Origin: an uncultured Chloroflexia bacterium
GTDB lineage: Bacteria > Chloroflexota > Limnocylindria > Limnocylindrales > CSP1-4
Direction: 5' to 3'
Assembly: GCA_963797685.1 (NCBI GenBank)
Contig: CAWCQK010000017.1
Coordinates: 129,652-193,651 of the forward strand
DNA length: 64,000 bases
This document shows, one piece after another, positions 52,126-62,211 of the stretch; the first letter of the stretch is position 1; each line of letters starts with the position of its first letter. The position numbers and the translations under genes were made by a program. Below the pieces are notes generated by a model. It ran no database searches. It saw only the letters and a list, made by a program, of their open reading frames with translations, and was not told the DNA's origin.

Positions 52126-52834
52126 CCGACACCCGTCTCCGTATCCTCATCGCCGACGACCAGGCCCTGGTCCGGGCCGGGTTCCGGATGATCCTCGAGG
52201 CGCAACCGGACCTCGAAGTCGTCGCGGAGGCCGCGGACGGCGAGGCCGCGGTCCGCCTGACCCGGCGCCACAGGCCGGATGTCGTCCTGATGGACATCCG
52301 GATGCCCGGCCTCGACGGGCTGGAGGCGACGCGGCGGCTGCTCGGGCCGGACGCGACCGGCGCGCCGATCGAGCGGCTCCCCACCACGGATCGTGATCCT
52401 CACCACCTTCGACCTCGACGAGTACGTCTACGCGGCCCTCCAGGCCGGCGCCGCCGGTTTCCTGCTCAAGGACGTCTCGCCCGAGCATCTCGTCGGTGCC
52501 GTCCGGACCGTCGCGGTCGGCGACGCGCTGCTCGCCCCGTCGATCACGCGCCGTCTCGTCGAGCGATACGCGAGCCCGCCGGCCGCCCCGACCGTCGCAC
52601 CCGAGACGCTCGCGCGGCTGACCGCCCGCGAGACCGATGTCCTTCGGCTTCTCGCCCGCGGTATGAGCAACGCCGAGATCGCGGAACAGCTGGTGGTCAG
52701 CGAGGCGACCGTCAAGACGCACGTCGCCGGGATCCTGGCCAAGCTCGACTTGCGGAACCGGGCCCAGGCCGTCGTCATCGCCTACGAAATCAGGGCTGGT
52801 GCGAGCGAGCACGGAGACATCGGTCGGCGGCTGA
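52122..52834 (+). CDS. NarL/LuxR-family response regulator with two apparent +1 frameshifts (about 52365-52392 and 52786-52792)
   Basis: ATGA overlap with the kinase stop. [19 protein letters not shown]...[13 protein letters not shown] is in frame 0, [28 protein letters not shown]...[25 protein letters not shown] in frame 1, and the expected end YESGLVRAS...* in frame 2 (stop at 52832-52834). The span is 713 nt, which is 3n+2. Confidence 0.8.
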
Positions 52835-52921
52835 GCGGTCTCGGCGGCCTGGCGGCCCGCGCCACGGCGGCCCGCGCCACGGCGGCCTGGCGGCCCGCGG
52901 CCATCGACCCGCGGCCGGCGG

Positions 52922-54160
52922 TCAGGCGGCGGTCGGCACCGGCGTGGGATCGCCGCCCTGGAACTCCGCACGGGACGGCAGGAGCGACTTGCCGCGCCGC
53001 GAGATGCCGAGGAGGACCCACGCGAACGGGATCGGCAGCCCCCACTGGAACGCGCGGAAGAGGATGACGCCGGCGCTGATCGCGGATGAATCGGCGCCGC
53101 CGGTGTAGGCGGTGTAGAACGAGATGTAGAGCAGCTCAGGGACGCCGGCGCCGCCCGGCGAGATCGGCAGGACCGTGATCACGAACACGAACGCGACGCC
53201 GGCCATGATGATCGCGTCGGGGAGCGTCTTCGACGACACGCCGACGACGCGCATCGAGACGATCATCAGCACGACCCACGCGAACTTCGAAGCCATCGAT
53301 ACGATGAACGCACCAACGCCTCGTGCTCGGACGGTGTCCCCGAGCGTGACCCGGAAGCGGACGAGCGCGCCCTGCACGTCGGGCACCGCACGCCCCAGCC
53401 GATGCAGGATGGCCCCGATCACCCGCTCCGCCCACTGGCCGACCTTGCGCGCCAGCCGCTCCGAGCGCACGACGAGGATCAGCCCGCCGCCGAGCCCGAC
53501 GAACAGCAGCCCGCCGAGGACGATGTACGCGGTGATCAGCCCCGTCTGGACGGAGACCACGCGGTTGAGTCCCTCGGCCAGGATCAGGACCAGCCCGCTC
53601 ACGAACATCAGACCGAACCGGCTCAGCTGGTCGAAGATGCCGTACAGGAGGATCCCGCCGGTCGCCGCGTGGGTGTCCCGACCCCAGCCACGGATGACGA
53701 CCCAGACGACCGCCATGTTCCACGGCCCGAGCGGGATGCTCGCCCCGATGCCGGTCAGGATCAGGTAGGCCTCCAGGCCGCGGATCAGGCCGAGTCCCGC
53801 GATCAGCATCGTGAAGATCGCACCGGTCACGATCCACGTGATGACCCCGAAGACCGAGACCTCCAGGTAGTCCTGGAGGGTCAGCCCCTGGAGCGTGTTG
53901 ATGACCTGCTGATAGTCGATGAAGCGCGGCAGGATGAGCCCGAACACGACGACCAGGACGCCCACGACGATGCCGATCCGGATGAGCGCATCGCGGCGGC
54001 CGGGTGGCTTGGTGTCGGCGATCGCAGGCCCGGCCGCGGACGCTTCGACCTCGATGCCGGGGCCGTCCTCGAGCACGTCCTCGATCGGCGTCGGCGTGGC
54101 CGACCCGCCGTCGTCCGGTCGCTGCTCGTCCTGGATGCCGCTCACGCCCCCATCCTCCAT
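52922..54160 (-). CDS. LPG-synthase-TM / UPF0104 (flippase-like) family membrane protein
   Basis: Acidic N-terminus then about 8 [22 protein letters not shown]..., and a C-terminal [16 protein letters not shown] motif typical of this family. Confidence 0.7.
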   Translation of the reverse strand: MEDGGVSGIQDEQRPDDGGSATPTPIEDVLEDGPGIEVEASAAGPAIADTKPPGRRDALIRIGIVVGVLVVVFGLILPRFIDYQQVINTLQGLTLQDYLEVSVFGVITWIVTGAIFTMLIAGLGLIRGLEAYLILTGIGASIPLGPWNMAVVWVVIRGWGRDTHAATGGILLYGIFDQLSRFGLMFVSGLVLILAEGLNRVVSVQTGLITAYIVLGGLLFVGLGGGLILVVRSERLARKVGQWAERVIGAILHRLGRAVPDVQGALVRFRVTLGDTVRARGVGAFIVSMASKFAWVVLMIVSMRVVGVSSKTLPDAIIMAGVAFVFVITVLPISPGGAGVPELLYISFYTAYTGGADSSAISAGVILFRAFQWGLPIPFAWVLLGISRRGKSLLPSRAEFQGGDPTPVPTAA

Positions 54161-54271
54161 GTCGCGGACTCGGCCGCCAACGGCGCTGCTCGTCGTGATG
54201 GTACGCGTTGCGATGACACGGCCGTCTCACCCACGCCCGTCCAAGCGGCCCGGTGCTAGAGTCAACGTCCC

Positions 54272-55765
54272 ATGACGACGACGCGACCGCCCCGATCCTC
54301 CGGCCCCACGAACCGCAAGCCAAAGATCGCGACCCCGGACGCACTCCAGAAGGCGTGGTCGCCCGGCCCGCCGCCGACGACCACCTGGACGCCGCGGCCA
54401 TGGGTGACCGCTGCCGATCGTGGCGCGGCAGGTCGAGCCGCGCGCCAGCGCTCCCCCCGGTCGAGCCACGCGGCCTTCACACCGGCCGCAGGACGGGATC
54501 CTGTGGGGATCATCCTGGCCCAGGAATCGGATCGACTCCCGGAGCTCCTTCCGCTCCGTCACGGTCGGATGGCCGCCAACTCGTTCGCGTTCTATCGCGG
54601 CGCAGCCGCGATCATGGCCTTCGACCTGTCGACCACGCCGCGGAGCGACATCGTCGTCCAGGCGTGCGGCGACGCCCACCTGTCGAACTTCGGGCTGTTC
54701 GCGTCTCCTGAGCGGACCTTGGTCTTCGACTCGAACGACTTCGACGAGACCCTTCCTGGGCCCTGGGAGTGGGACGTCAAGCGGCTGGCGGTCAGCGTCC
54801 TGATCGCGGCCCGCGCCAACGGATTCAGCCCGGCCGATGCACGGGCGACGGTTCTGACCACGGTCCGCGGCTATCGCGAGCAGATGGCGCGGTTCTCGAC
54901 GATGCGCCTGCTCGACATCTGGTACGCCCGGACGACCGCGGCGGACATCGAGTCGGCCGCGATCGAGAACAGTCGAGCCATCGGGATCAGCAGCAAGGAC
55001 GCGAAGACCAGGCTAGGCGCGATCTTCAGCAAGGCCCGCTCGAAAGACCAGATGAAGGCGATGGGCTCGCTGACCGCGATAGTCGACGGCCAATGGCGGA
55101 TCGTGGACGACCCACCGGTCGTGACCCACACCGAGACACCCGGCGGAGCGGAGGCCCTGGAGAAGACGTTCAGCGATTACCGCGCGACCTTGGCCGAGAA
55201 TCGCCGGGAGCTCGTCGAACGCTTCCGGTTCGTCGACTTCGCGCTGAAGGTCGTGGGTGTCGGCAGCGTCGGCACCCGTTGCTTCGTGGTGCTGCTCGAG
55301 GGACGCGACGAAGGCGACGCGCTCATCCTCCAGGCCAAGGAGGCGACCGCCTCCGTCCTGGATCCATACGTCGAATCGAGCCACCACAGCAACCACGGCG
55401 AGCGAGTCGTCGTCGGCCAGCGGCTGATGCAGGCCACACCCGACATCTTCCTCGGCTGGACCCGCGGACCCGGCGGTCGTGACTTCTACTTCCGCCAGCT
55501 GTGGGATATGAAGGGCTCCGTCGACGTCGCGACCCTGCGTCCGCCGGGTCTCGGGTTCTACGGCATGCTGTGCGCCCAATCACTGGCGCGAGCTCACGCA
55601 CGAAGCGGCGACTCGGTCGCGATCACCGCATACCTGGGCGCATCGGACACGTTCGACGCGGCCGTCGCCGACTTCTCCGAGGCGTACGCCGACCAGAACG
55701 AGAAGGACTACGCCGCGTTCAAGAAGGCCATCGCCGACGGGGCGATCACGACCGCCGAGGGCTGA
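54272..55765 (+). CDS. DUF2252-family protein
   Basis: LPELLPLRHGRMAANSFAFYRGAAAIMAFDL, CGDAHLSNFGLF, FDSNDFDETLPGPWEWDVKRLA and YFRQLWDMKGS match the DUF2252 pattern. Confidence 0.8.
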   Translation: MTTTRPPRSSGPTNRKPKIATPDALQKAWSPGPPPTTTWTPRPWVTAADRGAAGRAARQRSPRSSHAAFTPAAGRDPVGIILAQESDRLPELLPLRHGRMAANSFAFYRGAAAIMAFDLSTTPRSDIVVQACGDAHLSNFGLFASPERTLVFDSNDFDETLPGPWEWDVKRLAVSVLIAARANGFSPADARATVLTTVRGYREQMARFSTMRLLDIWYARTTAADIESAAIENSRAIGISSKDAKTRLGAIFSKARSKDQMKAMGSLTAIVDGQWRIVDDPPVVTHTETPGGAEALEKTFSDYRATLAENRRELVERFRFVDFALKVVGVGSVGTRCFVVLLEGRDEGDALILQAKEATASVLDPYVESSHHSNHGERVVVGQRLMQATPDIFLGWTRGPGGRDFYFRQLWDMKGSVDVATLRPPGLGFYGMLCAQSLARAHARSGDSVAITAYLGASDTFDAAVADFSEAYADQNEKDYAAFKKAIADGAITTAEG

Positions 55766-55783
55766 TACGGGATCGGGGTACGG

Positions 55784-56626
55784 TCAACCCTCGCTCGTGC
55801 CGAGTGAGGCTCGCAGGGCGGCGATCTCCGCTCGCTGGCCGGCCACTTCGGTGCGGAGGCCCGCCAGCTCATCGACGATCGCCGCGACCCCCGTCGCGTC
55901 CACAGCGGGCGTCACGCCGGCTGGCGTCTCGGCCGCCGGTTCGTCCGGCGACGGCGGCGAGACCAGAAGGCTGGCCAGGATGCTGGCCAGCGCGCCGATG
56001 ATCCCGATGCCGGCGAACATCACGAAGACTCCTGTGAGCCGGCCCAAGGTCGTCACAGGGTAGAAGTCGCCATAACCGACCGTCGTGATCGTCACGATGC
56101 CCCACCAGATCGCGTCGCCGCCAGTCTTGATGTTCGCGCCCGGCGACCGACTCTCGAACTCAAGCACCAGGAGACTTGCGATCGCGAGGGTCATCCCGCC
56201 GAGAAGGATCGTGATGAACGTCGCGTACTGGCTGCGGTTCCTGAGCACGTCGATGACCAGGTCCTTGCCGGCCTGGCCGCGGAGCAGACGTGTGATCCGG
56301 GCCAGCCGGCTGATGCGCGCGAGGCGGAACAGCGCCGTGAACCGAAAGATGCCCAGGGTCGGGATGGAACCGAGCAGGTCGAGCCAGCCGCGCCGTCCGA
56401 TGAAGTAGGCCCGCTTGGGCTTCGCGGCGGTGATGTTCATCGCGAAGTCGAACAGGAAGATGAAGCAGATGGCGTTGTCGTAGACGAGCAACAGTTCGCG
56501 CTCGGCATCCGAGACCGGCAGCAGCAGCAGCGCCATGATCGCCAACGAGAAGATCGTCAGGACCAGGATGAAGATGTTGTAGGCGTTGCCGTGCTCACGG
56601 AACGCCGGCGCCTGTGCCGCGGTCAT
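55784..56626 (-). CDS. voltage-gated-type potassium channel (6TM, TVGYGD filter)
   Basis: S4 with Arg every third residue (FRLARISRLARITRLLR), pore WWGIVTITTVGYGDFYP, and a C-terminal coiled-coil-like tail. ATG at 56626. Confidence 0.85.
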   Translation of the reverse strand: MTAAQAPAFREHGNAYNIFILVLTIFSLAIMALLLLPVSDAERELLLVYDNAICFIFLFDFAMNITAAKPKRAYFIGRRGWLDLLGSIPTLGIFRFTALFRLARISRLARITRLLRGQAGKDLVIDVLRNRSQYATFITILLGGMTLAIASLLVLEFESRSPGANIKTGGDAIWWGIVTITTVGYGDFYPVTTLGRLTGVFVMFAGIGIIGALASILASLLVSPPSPDEPAAETPAGVTPAVDATGVAAIVDELAGLRTEVAGQRAEIAALRASLGTSEG

Positions 56627-56740
56627 GCTCGCTGGACCTCCGGACTTGCCGATCGTGGGCGGATGAGGGCGACGATCCCTCGACACTCGTGCGGCCGAGC
56701 GTAACAAGTCCGACCGACGCCTGAGCCGTAGGATGCGGGC

Positions 56741-57562
56741 ATGCACCTCGAGGTCGCGCTCGTCCAGCTCGATGCCCGCGAGGACGTGGCGGCCAACATC
56801 GCCGCCGCGGTCGAGCTTGCCGATGCCGCCGCGGCCGGCGGCGCTCGCCTCGTCGCCCTGCCCGAATATCTCCAGTTCCGCGGCACGGACGACGGCTTCC
56901 GCGCCTCCGCCCGGCCGATCCCGGGGCCACACACCGAGCCGTTCGCGGAGGTCGCCCGGCGCCACGACGCGTGGATCCTGGTCGGCAGCACGGCCGAGAC
57001 CAGCGCCGACCCCGATCGCCCGTACAACACGTCCGCGCTGATCGCACCGGACGGCTCGCTCGCGGCGACCTACCGGAAGATCCACCTGTTCGACGTCGCG
57101 GTCGACCAGGGCCCGGCGGACACGGAGTCGGCGCGGGTCACGCCCGGCGATCGTCTCGTGTGTGCGGAAGTCGATGGGATCTCGGTCGGCCTGTCGATCT
57201 GCTACGACCTGCGCTTCCCCGAGCTGTACCGCTCACTCGCGCTGGCCGGTGCCTCGATCCTGACCGTCCCGGCCGCGTTCACGGAACGCACCGGGCGCGA
57301 TCACTGGGAGGTCCTCCTGCGAGCGCGGGCCATCGAGAACGCCGCGTACGTGCTGGCGCCATCGCAGATCGGCGGACCGCTCGGCCAGCCCGCCTACGGC
57401 CGGACGATGGTCGTCGACCCGTGGGGCACGATCGTCGCCCAGGCACCCGACGTGGTCGGCATCGTCAGGGCGAACCTGGACCTCGACCGAGTCGCCTCGA
57501 TCCGCCGCCAGATCCCCGTGCTGGCGAACCGCCGACCAGCCGCCTATCGAACCGGCGGCTGA
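56741..57562 (+). CDS. carbon-nitrogen hydrolase (nitrilase-superfamily, Nit/omega-amidase-like)
   Basis: Catalytic triad contexts LVALPEY (Glu), YRKIHLFD (Lys) and GLSICYDLRFPE (Cys). Confidence 0.85.
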   Translation: MHLEVALVQLDAREDVAANIAAAVELADAAAAGGARLVALPEYLQFRGTDDGFRASARPIPGPHTEPFAEVARRHDAWILVGSTAETSADPDRPYNTSALIAPDGSLAATYRKIHLFDVAVDQGPADTESARVTPGDRLVCAEVDGISVGLSICYDLRFPELYRSLALAGASILTVPAAFTERTGRDHWEVLLRARAIENAAYVLAPSQIGGPLGQPAYGRTMVVDPWGTIVAQAPDVVGIVRANLDLDRVASIRRQIPVLANRRPAAYRTGG

Positions 57563-57572
57563 CCGGCGTCGC

Positions 57573-58643
57573 CTACTGGGCGAGCCCCAGGTAGTAGAAG
57601 TTGCTCCCGGCACTCGGCGGCTGCGTGACCCCGCCCGGCACGTTCGTGTTGCCGTTGACCGAGTACGGGATCGTCCCGATGAACCGGCCGTTGATCTGGT
57701 CGACGGCCGGCTGGGTGTAGCCGGTGATGACGAACGCGGCGATGGCGATGACGCAATACGTGAAGTTGTTGCCGTTGCCGCCGGTGTCGCAGTTGTTGGT
57801 GTTGCCTGGGTCGTCGTTGGTCGCTTCGACGATCGGGATCAGCACGATCTGCTCGTTGTCGACCCACTGCTGGAGGCACGCTCGGACGGACGACGAGTTG
57901 GTGGTCCCCGGGTCGCCCGGGAACTGGAAGGGCAGCGTGAACGACGGGTTGTTCGGGGTGCACAGGCTCGTTGCGAGGGCACCTGCCGAGTTGCTGCCAT
58001 CCCACGAGATCCAGCCGAAGTTGCCAGGCCCGTTGGAACCACTGGTCAACGCGTAGATGGAGCCTTCGCTCATCGTCGTCGGGGCGACCATCGCGATCGG
58101 CAGCAATTGACCGGCTGGGGCTCCCGGCGGCTGGCCGCTGATCGCGGTCGCCGTCGTCTGGACGGTCCAGGTGGTCTTGCCCATGATGCCCAGCAGGTAG
58201 GTCTGAGGAGTCTTGGTGACGTCGACCTTGACCCCGAGGGCCTTCTGACCGCTGACCGCGCCGGGTGGGGCCGTATCGGTCGCGGCCACAGGACCGAGGT
58301 CCTGGAACGACGATCCGGTGCGCGGTCCGACGTAGCGCGCCGTCCATGAGCAGATCGACCCGACGGCCGCGGAACAATCGTTCTGGACCATCCGGGTGGC
58401 GATCGCCGTATAGACGTTGTCGGTGCCGGTGTAGGCCTGGTTCTTGACGTAGTAATCGGCAAGCCGCTTGGTGCCGGCCATCGATGCGAGGTCAGCGGAG
58501 TTCTGGCTGTCGCGGCGGGTCAGGAAGACGTTGCCGCCGTCGATGACGAGTCCGCTGACGAGGATCAGCAGGACGAGTGCTCCGGCGAAGATCGCCAGGA
58601 TCTGACCATCCTCACGCCGTTCATGGCTGCGACGGGGGCTCAT
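57573..58643 (-). CDS. TadG-like (Flp pilus assembly TadE/G-like domain) protein
   Basis: EDGQILAIFAGALVLLILVSGLVIDGGNVFLTRRDSQNSADLASMAG is the Tad N-terminal domain. The ATG at 58643 has GAGGAG 7 nt upstream. An alternative GTG lies at 58673. Confidence 0.8.
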   Translation of the reverse strand: MSPRRSHERREDGQILAIFAGALVLLILVSGLVIDGGNVFLTRRDSQNSADLASMAGTKRLADYYVKNQAYTGTDNVYTAIATRMVQNDCSAAVGSICSWTARYVGPRTGSSFQDLGPVAATDTAPPGAVSGQKALGVKVDVTKTPQTYLLGIMGKTTWTVQTTATAISGQPPGAPAGQLLPIAMVAPTTMSEGSIYALTSGSNGPGNFGWISWDGSNSAGALATSLCTPNNPSFTLPFQFPGDPGTTNSSSVRACLQQWVDNEQIVLIPIVEATNDDPGNTNNCDTGGNGNNFTYCVIAIAAFVITGYTQPAVDQINGRFIGTIPYSVNGNTNVPGGVTQPPSAGSNFYYLGLAQ

Positions 58644-58680
58644 CGAAGGACTCCTCGGGTTTGGCGATAGCACATGGATG

Positions 58681-59184
58681 TCATTGGACGACGACCGACG
58701 CCTGGCCGGAGATGACCGGCGTGCCGAGCAGCTGGCCGATGACCGGCGTCAGGAAATGGAACTGCTGGCTGGCCGGGGAGGTCGGCGTGGCGACGGTGAC
58801 CTGGAACATGTAGCCGGCACGACAGGACGCCGCCGAGACCGCCGACGTCGCATCGCCGCCCTTGCTGTAGCAGGTGACCGTCGGCGTCGAGACATACGCC
58901 GGCGCCCCGGCGATGCGCCCGAGGGCCACCGCGGCCGTGCAGGTGAAGCGCGTCTGCGAGGCGACCGGGACACTGGCCGGGCAGGAATAGGACCACTGCT
59001 CGACGGAGCCATACCGGGCGCCTTCACGCGCCGCCTCGTTGAACGCGTTGGTGAGATACACGTAGCGCCCGATGTCGATGATCCCGAAGACGATCAGCAG
59101 GAAGATCGGCAGCACGAGGGCGAACTCGACCAGCGCCTGGCCGCGACGCGCACGACGACCGGTGACTCGATGGCGCCGGATCAT
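58681..59184 (-). CDS. TadE-like pseudopilin-type protein (short)
   Basis: [31 protein letters not shown] is the TadE signature. ATGA overlap with the upstream gene. Confidence 0.8.
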   Translation of the reverse strand: MIRRHRVTGRRARRGQALVEFALVLPIFLLIVFGIIDIGRYVYLTNAFNEAAREGARYGSVEQWSYSCPASVPVASQTRFTCTAAVALGRIAGAPAYVSTPTVTCYSKGGDATSAVSAASCRAGYMFQVTVATPTSPASQQFHFLTPVIGQLLGTPVISGQASVVVQ

Positions 59185-60791
59185 TGGGCGCTCACGGTCA
59201 CTGTGGCGGTCGCGTTCTGACAGCTGTATGCCGTCAGCCCTTGCTGGACCACGCTGAGAGTGTTCGCCGCTCCGACCGGACTGGTCGTGAACGCGCCGGT
59301 GAAGTCCGTCTGCCATGCGGTTCGTGCCTGAAGCACGGTCTTGTTCGTCCCGTCAGCCGACGGGTTGAGGGTGTCGACGAGGTTCGGCACGACCTTCTTG
59401 CCGCCCGAACAGGTCGCCGTGGTCACATTGACCGCGGGCTGCTGGCCGCTGACTGTCACGGCATTCGTCGCCGTCGCCGTCGCCACCATCGCGTACGTCT
59501 GGTTCGCACTGAAGGTGCGGGGGAAGATGCAGGTGTAGCTATTGCCGCTCTGCCCGCTGGCGGCGAGCGTCGTCGGGATCGCCGGGCACGACGCAGGCAG
59601 GGTGATCGGCGACCCGGCCTGCGTGACCGAGACGTTGAAGTTGGCCGCCGCCCCGCCCGAATTGACGACCGTCAGCTGGAACCAGCCTGTCGGGTTGTTG
59701 ATCTCAGTGAGGGTCGAACCGTTGTCCCGGGCGAGCGTCATGGCGCCCGTCGCGTAGCTGGCGACGCCGTTGTTCCCGTAGCCGGTCCCGCCGAGCCGGT
59801 AAGGAGACGCCTTCAGGTTCGTCGCGAGATGGGGGGCCGGCGCGACCTTGATCGTCGCCCCGCCGTTCGTGGCCCCCGTCGGCAGACCGCTCGCGGACCC
59901 AGCGGCCGCGATCGAGACGGTGTCGTCGGCGATACCACTGGGGTCCGTCGACGTGGCTGACCGGCTGAACGAGCAGAAGGCAGGCGCCGTGGCCTTGGCA
60001 AGGCTCGTCGGGAGCGTCGAACAGGTCCCCGGCGCCCCGACCGTGACGCCGTTGATCGAGAATGCGTAGGTCAGCCCGGTCAGGTTGATGTTGCCCGTGT
60101 TCCGGATGCGGACCTTGTAGTTGACGGTCGTGTTCTCCTGGAACTGCAGGTAGTTGTCGACGTTGAGGCTGTCCTGGCACGGCTCGTAGTAGTAGCCGGC
60201 CGACGAAACCGAGTCGGCCTGGGTGCATGCCGTCGCGATCGCTGCGGCATTGGACGCCCCGGTCTTGTCGACCCACACGAGGGCCTCGAGCCCGGTCGGG
60301 TCGAAGGCATCGATGATGACGGTCGATTGCGACTCGGCCCTGAGCGTGATGGTCTGCCCGACGATCGACGACAGGATCGGCGTGATCAGCTGGAACGGCG
60401 AGGTCACCGTGACCTGGTACGTGTAGCCGTCCACGCAGTTGTTGATGGGCTGGACCAGGTTGCCTGCCGTGTCACGGCATGCCACGGTCGACGTCAGCAG
60501 GCTGTTGCCGCTCGAGTCCGTGAGGTTCGACGCCTCGTTCGTGACGTGCCAGGCGACGTTGTTGGGGTTCGCGCAGTTGACGTTCGTCGCGTCGTCGCAC
60601 AGAGGGCTGCGAGCGCCATACAGCGCGCCTTCCTTGGCGGCATTCTCGACCGCGACGTACGCGTAGAAGAGCCGCCCGAAGTCGACCGTCGCCGCCAGCA
60701 GGAGCAGCAGGATCGGCAACACGAGCGCGAACTCGACGACACTCTGGCCACGCGAGCGCTCGCGACCTCGGATCTTCGGAAGGTGGACCAT
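59181..60791 (-). CDS. TadE-like protein with long extension (two CARDB/DUF11-like beta-sandwich regions and a PASTA-like C-terminal module)
   Basis: [30 protein letters not shown] at the N-terminus. Internal [19 protein letters not shown] and [20 protein letters not shown]-terminal [12 protein letters not shown]...[13 protein letters not shown]...VVQQGL...[11 protein letters not shown] at 60791. Confidence 0.8.
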   Translation of the reverse strand: MVHLPKIRGRERSRGQSVVEFALVLPILLLLLAATVDFGRLFYAYVAVENAAKEGALYGARSPLCDDATNVNCANPNNVAWHVTNEASNLTDSSGNSLLTSTVACRDTAGNLVQPINNCVDGYTYQVTVTSPFQLITPILSSIVGQTITLRAESQSTVIIDAFDPTGLEALVWVDKTGASNAAAIATACTQADSVSSAGYYYEPCQDSLNVDNYLQFQENTTVNYKVRIRNTGNINLTGLTYAFSINGVTVGAPGTCSTLPTSLAKATAPAFCSFSRSATSTDPSGIADDTVSIAAAGSASGLPTGATNGGATIKVAPAPHLATNLKASPYRLGGTGYGNNGVASYATGAMTLARDNGSTLTEINNPTGWFQLTVVNSGGAAANFNVSVTQAGSPITLPASCPAIPTTLAASGQSGNSYTCIFPRTFSANQTYAMVATATATNAVTVSGQQPAVNVTTATCSGGKKVVPNLVDTLNPSADGTNKTVLQARTAWQTDFTGAFTTSPVGAANTLSVVQQGLTAYSCQNATATVTVSAQ

Positions 60792-60824
60792 GGACCGGGG
60801 CTCTCCCTGACATCGCGGCGCATG

Positions 60825-60849
60825 AAAAGCGACGCAATCGCAGCGTCGC
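60825..60849 (-). terminator. terminator-like hairpin in the 5' leader of the intact tad-like operon
   Basis: On the minus strand GCGACGC-tgcgatt-GCGTCGC followed by TTTTC, ending about 34 nt upstream of the ATG at 60791. Confidence 0.45.
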
Positions 60850-60971
60850 CCGAACACCTTTCACGGTCCCTTGAAACGGTGTCAGGGTGCATAGCCCGAA
60901 GGTTCATCGGAACCCGGTAAAGGTCCCCGCCACGCCCACTCGCCACGTCCCGACTAGCGGCACTGGGCATG

Positions 60972-60998
60972 AAAAAGCCGCGACCGATGGTCGCGGCT
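60972..60998 (-). terminator. rho-independent terminator after the degenerate tad-like operon
   Basis: On the minus strand a perfect stem GCCGCGACC-atc-GGTCGCGGC followed by TTTTT, about 35 nt downstream of the TAG at 61031-61033. Such a T-tract is rare in this GC-rich DNA. Confidence 0.7.
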
Positions 60999-61030
60999 CT
61001 TGGCTGACTCTTCGGGTGGTTGGCGTCGAT

Positions 61031-62173
61031 CTAGTGGACCAGCTGGACTCCGAGTGCAGAGCGGAATCCTGCGTCGGATCGAAGGCTCCGACAGGACCTT
61101 GACTGACGTAGCGGACGAACCAGCCCTTCAGACATCCCGTCCCACCGTTGCCACCCGCGGGCGGTGACTGTATTCCTGGTGCGCTGTTACAAGCGGGCCC
61201 GTTGTTGCCCTGGATGTATGCGCGATCGAGCAAGAACCCGGCGAACTTCGGGATGTGGAAGTAGAGATTGTTGCCGTTGCCTGGGTTCGTGCAGTCTGGC
61301 AACAGACCGCTCGCTGGGATACTCCGACAGGTGCCATCGAACAGGGGGATGAGGATCACCTTGTTGATGTAGGTATTCACTTCGCTCTCGACATTGTTCG
61401 GATTACCCGGGTTCGTATGGATCCAGGTCGGGATGTCGAGACGAGACGTGCCGGGTTGGTGATCTGTTGCGACAGGTTGCCTGAAGGACAGATATCAAGC
61501 CAGCCCACTCCCCGGGCCCGACCTTGCACAGGGGGACGATCGCCTCATAGTTGCCGACGCCCTTGTCCGCCTGCGCAGTGGCGAGGTCCACCAGCGGCCA
61601 TGGGCCGGTGCCGATCACGATATTGCCGTTGCCGGCGCAATCGCTGATGTTGACCGAGAACGTCACGGAAGGACGCCGCAGCCCTGGTCCGCGGCACACG
61701 TGCCCTTCAGTGTCCCAGCGTCGGCGGTGGCATCCGCGCCGGTCGACAAGGAACCAAGTCCCGCGATACCGGCGAGATATGTCTGAAACGATCGGCTTCC
61801 GTGCACGGCCACGCCCGCGGCGTTCGATGGGATCGCGCTCGCCGTGTTAGTGACGGCTCGAATGATCGAGTTATCCCACCCGACGTAGTTCGCCGTGTTG
61901 AATGTCGCCGAATTCGCGGTGAACTTTCCATTGATCGCCGCGTAAACGTCCGAGTCCGCCTTCGTCGCTCCAGCCAGGTTTTGGACCATAACGAGTCGCG
62001 CCAGCAAGCGCGGCAGCGTCTGCGGCGTTCTGGGTGCCCCTCTGCTGGGCGAAGGCATTCCCGCCATGAAATCACCAGCGCCGTAACGCCGATCATCGCG
62101 ACGAGCGCCAAAGCCATCAACACTGGGCTTGGCCTTGCTCTCGCGGACGTTCGTGTCGACTGCGTGGTGCCAT
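61031..62173 (-). pseudogene. TadG-like gene disrupted by at least 7 frameshifts
   Basis: Homologous segments are spread over all three frames: MAPRSRHERPREQGQAQ / LMALALVAMIGVTALVI / GGNAFAQQRGTQNAADAAALAGAT / LVMVQNLAG...GTCAADQGCGV / VTFSVNISDCAGNGNIVIGTGPW...GPGEW / WLDICPSGNLSQQITNPARLV / LDIPTWIHTNPGNPNN...INKVILIPLFDG...GCLKGWFVRYV / ALGVQLVH*. Confidence 0.75.
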
Positions 62174-62211
62174 TGTGGAAGATCTCCTAAGTGTTTGGTG
62201 TGGGATACCCA

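Noticed and set aside
40858-52834. The Cys-ladder, LanC and ABC cluster considered as a genomic island integrated at tRNA-Thr.
   Set aside because: The cluster abuts the 5' side of the tRNA, whereas integrases normally target the 3' end. I found no direct repeat of the tRNA 3' half, no integrase, and no obvious GC shift across the cluster.
60850-60971. A search for an flp-type pilin gene (short ORF with a G/xxxxEY processing motif) between the two hairpins and around the tad-like operons.
   Set aside because: No ORF in any frame shows a hydrophobic Flp-like core or a GxxxxEY motif.
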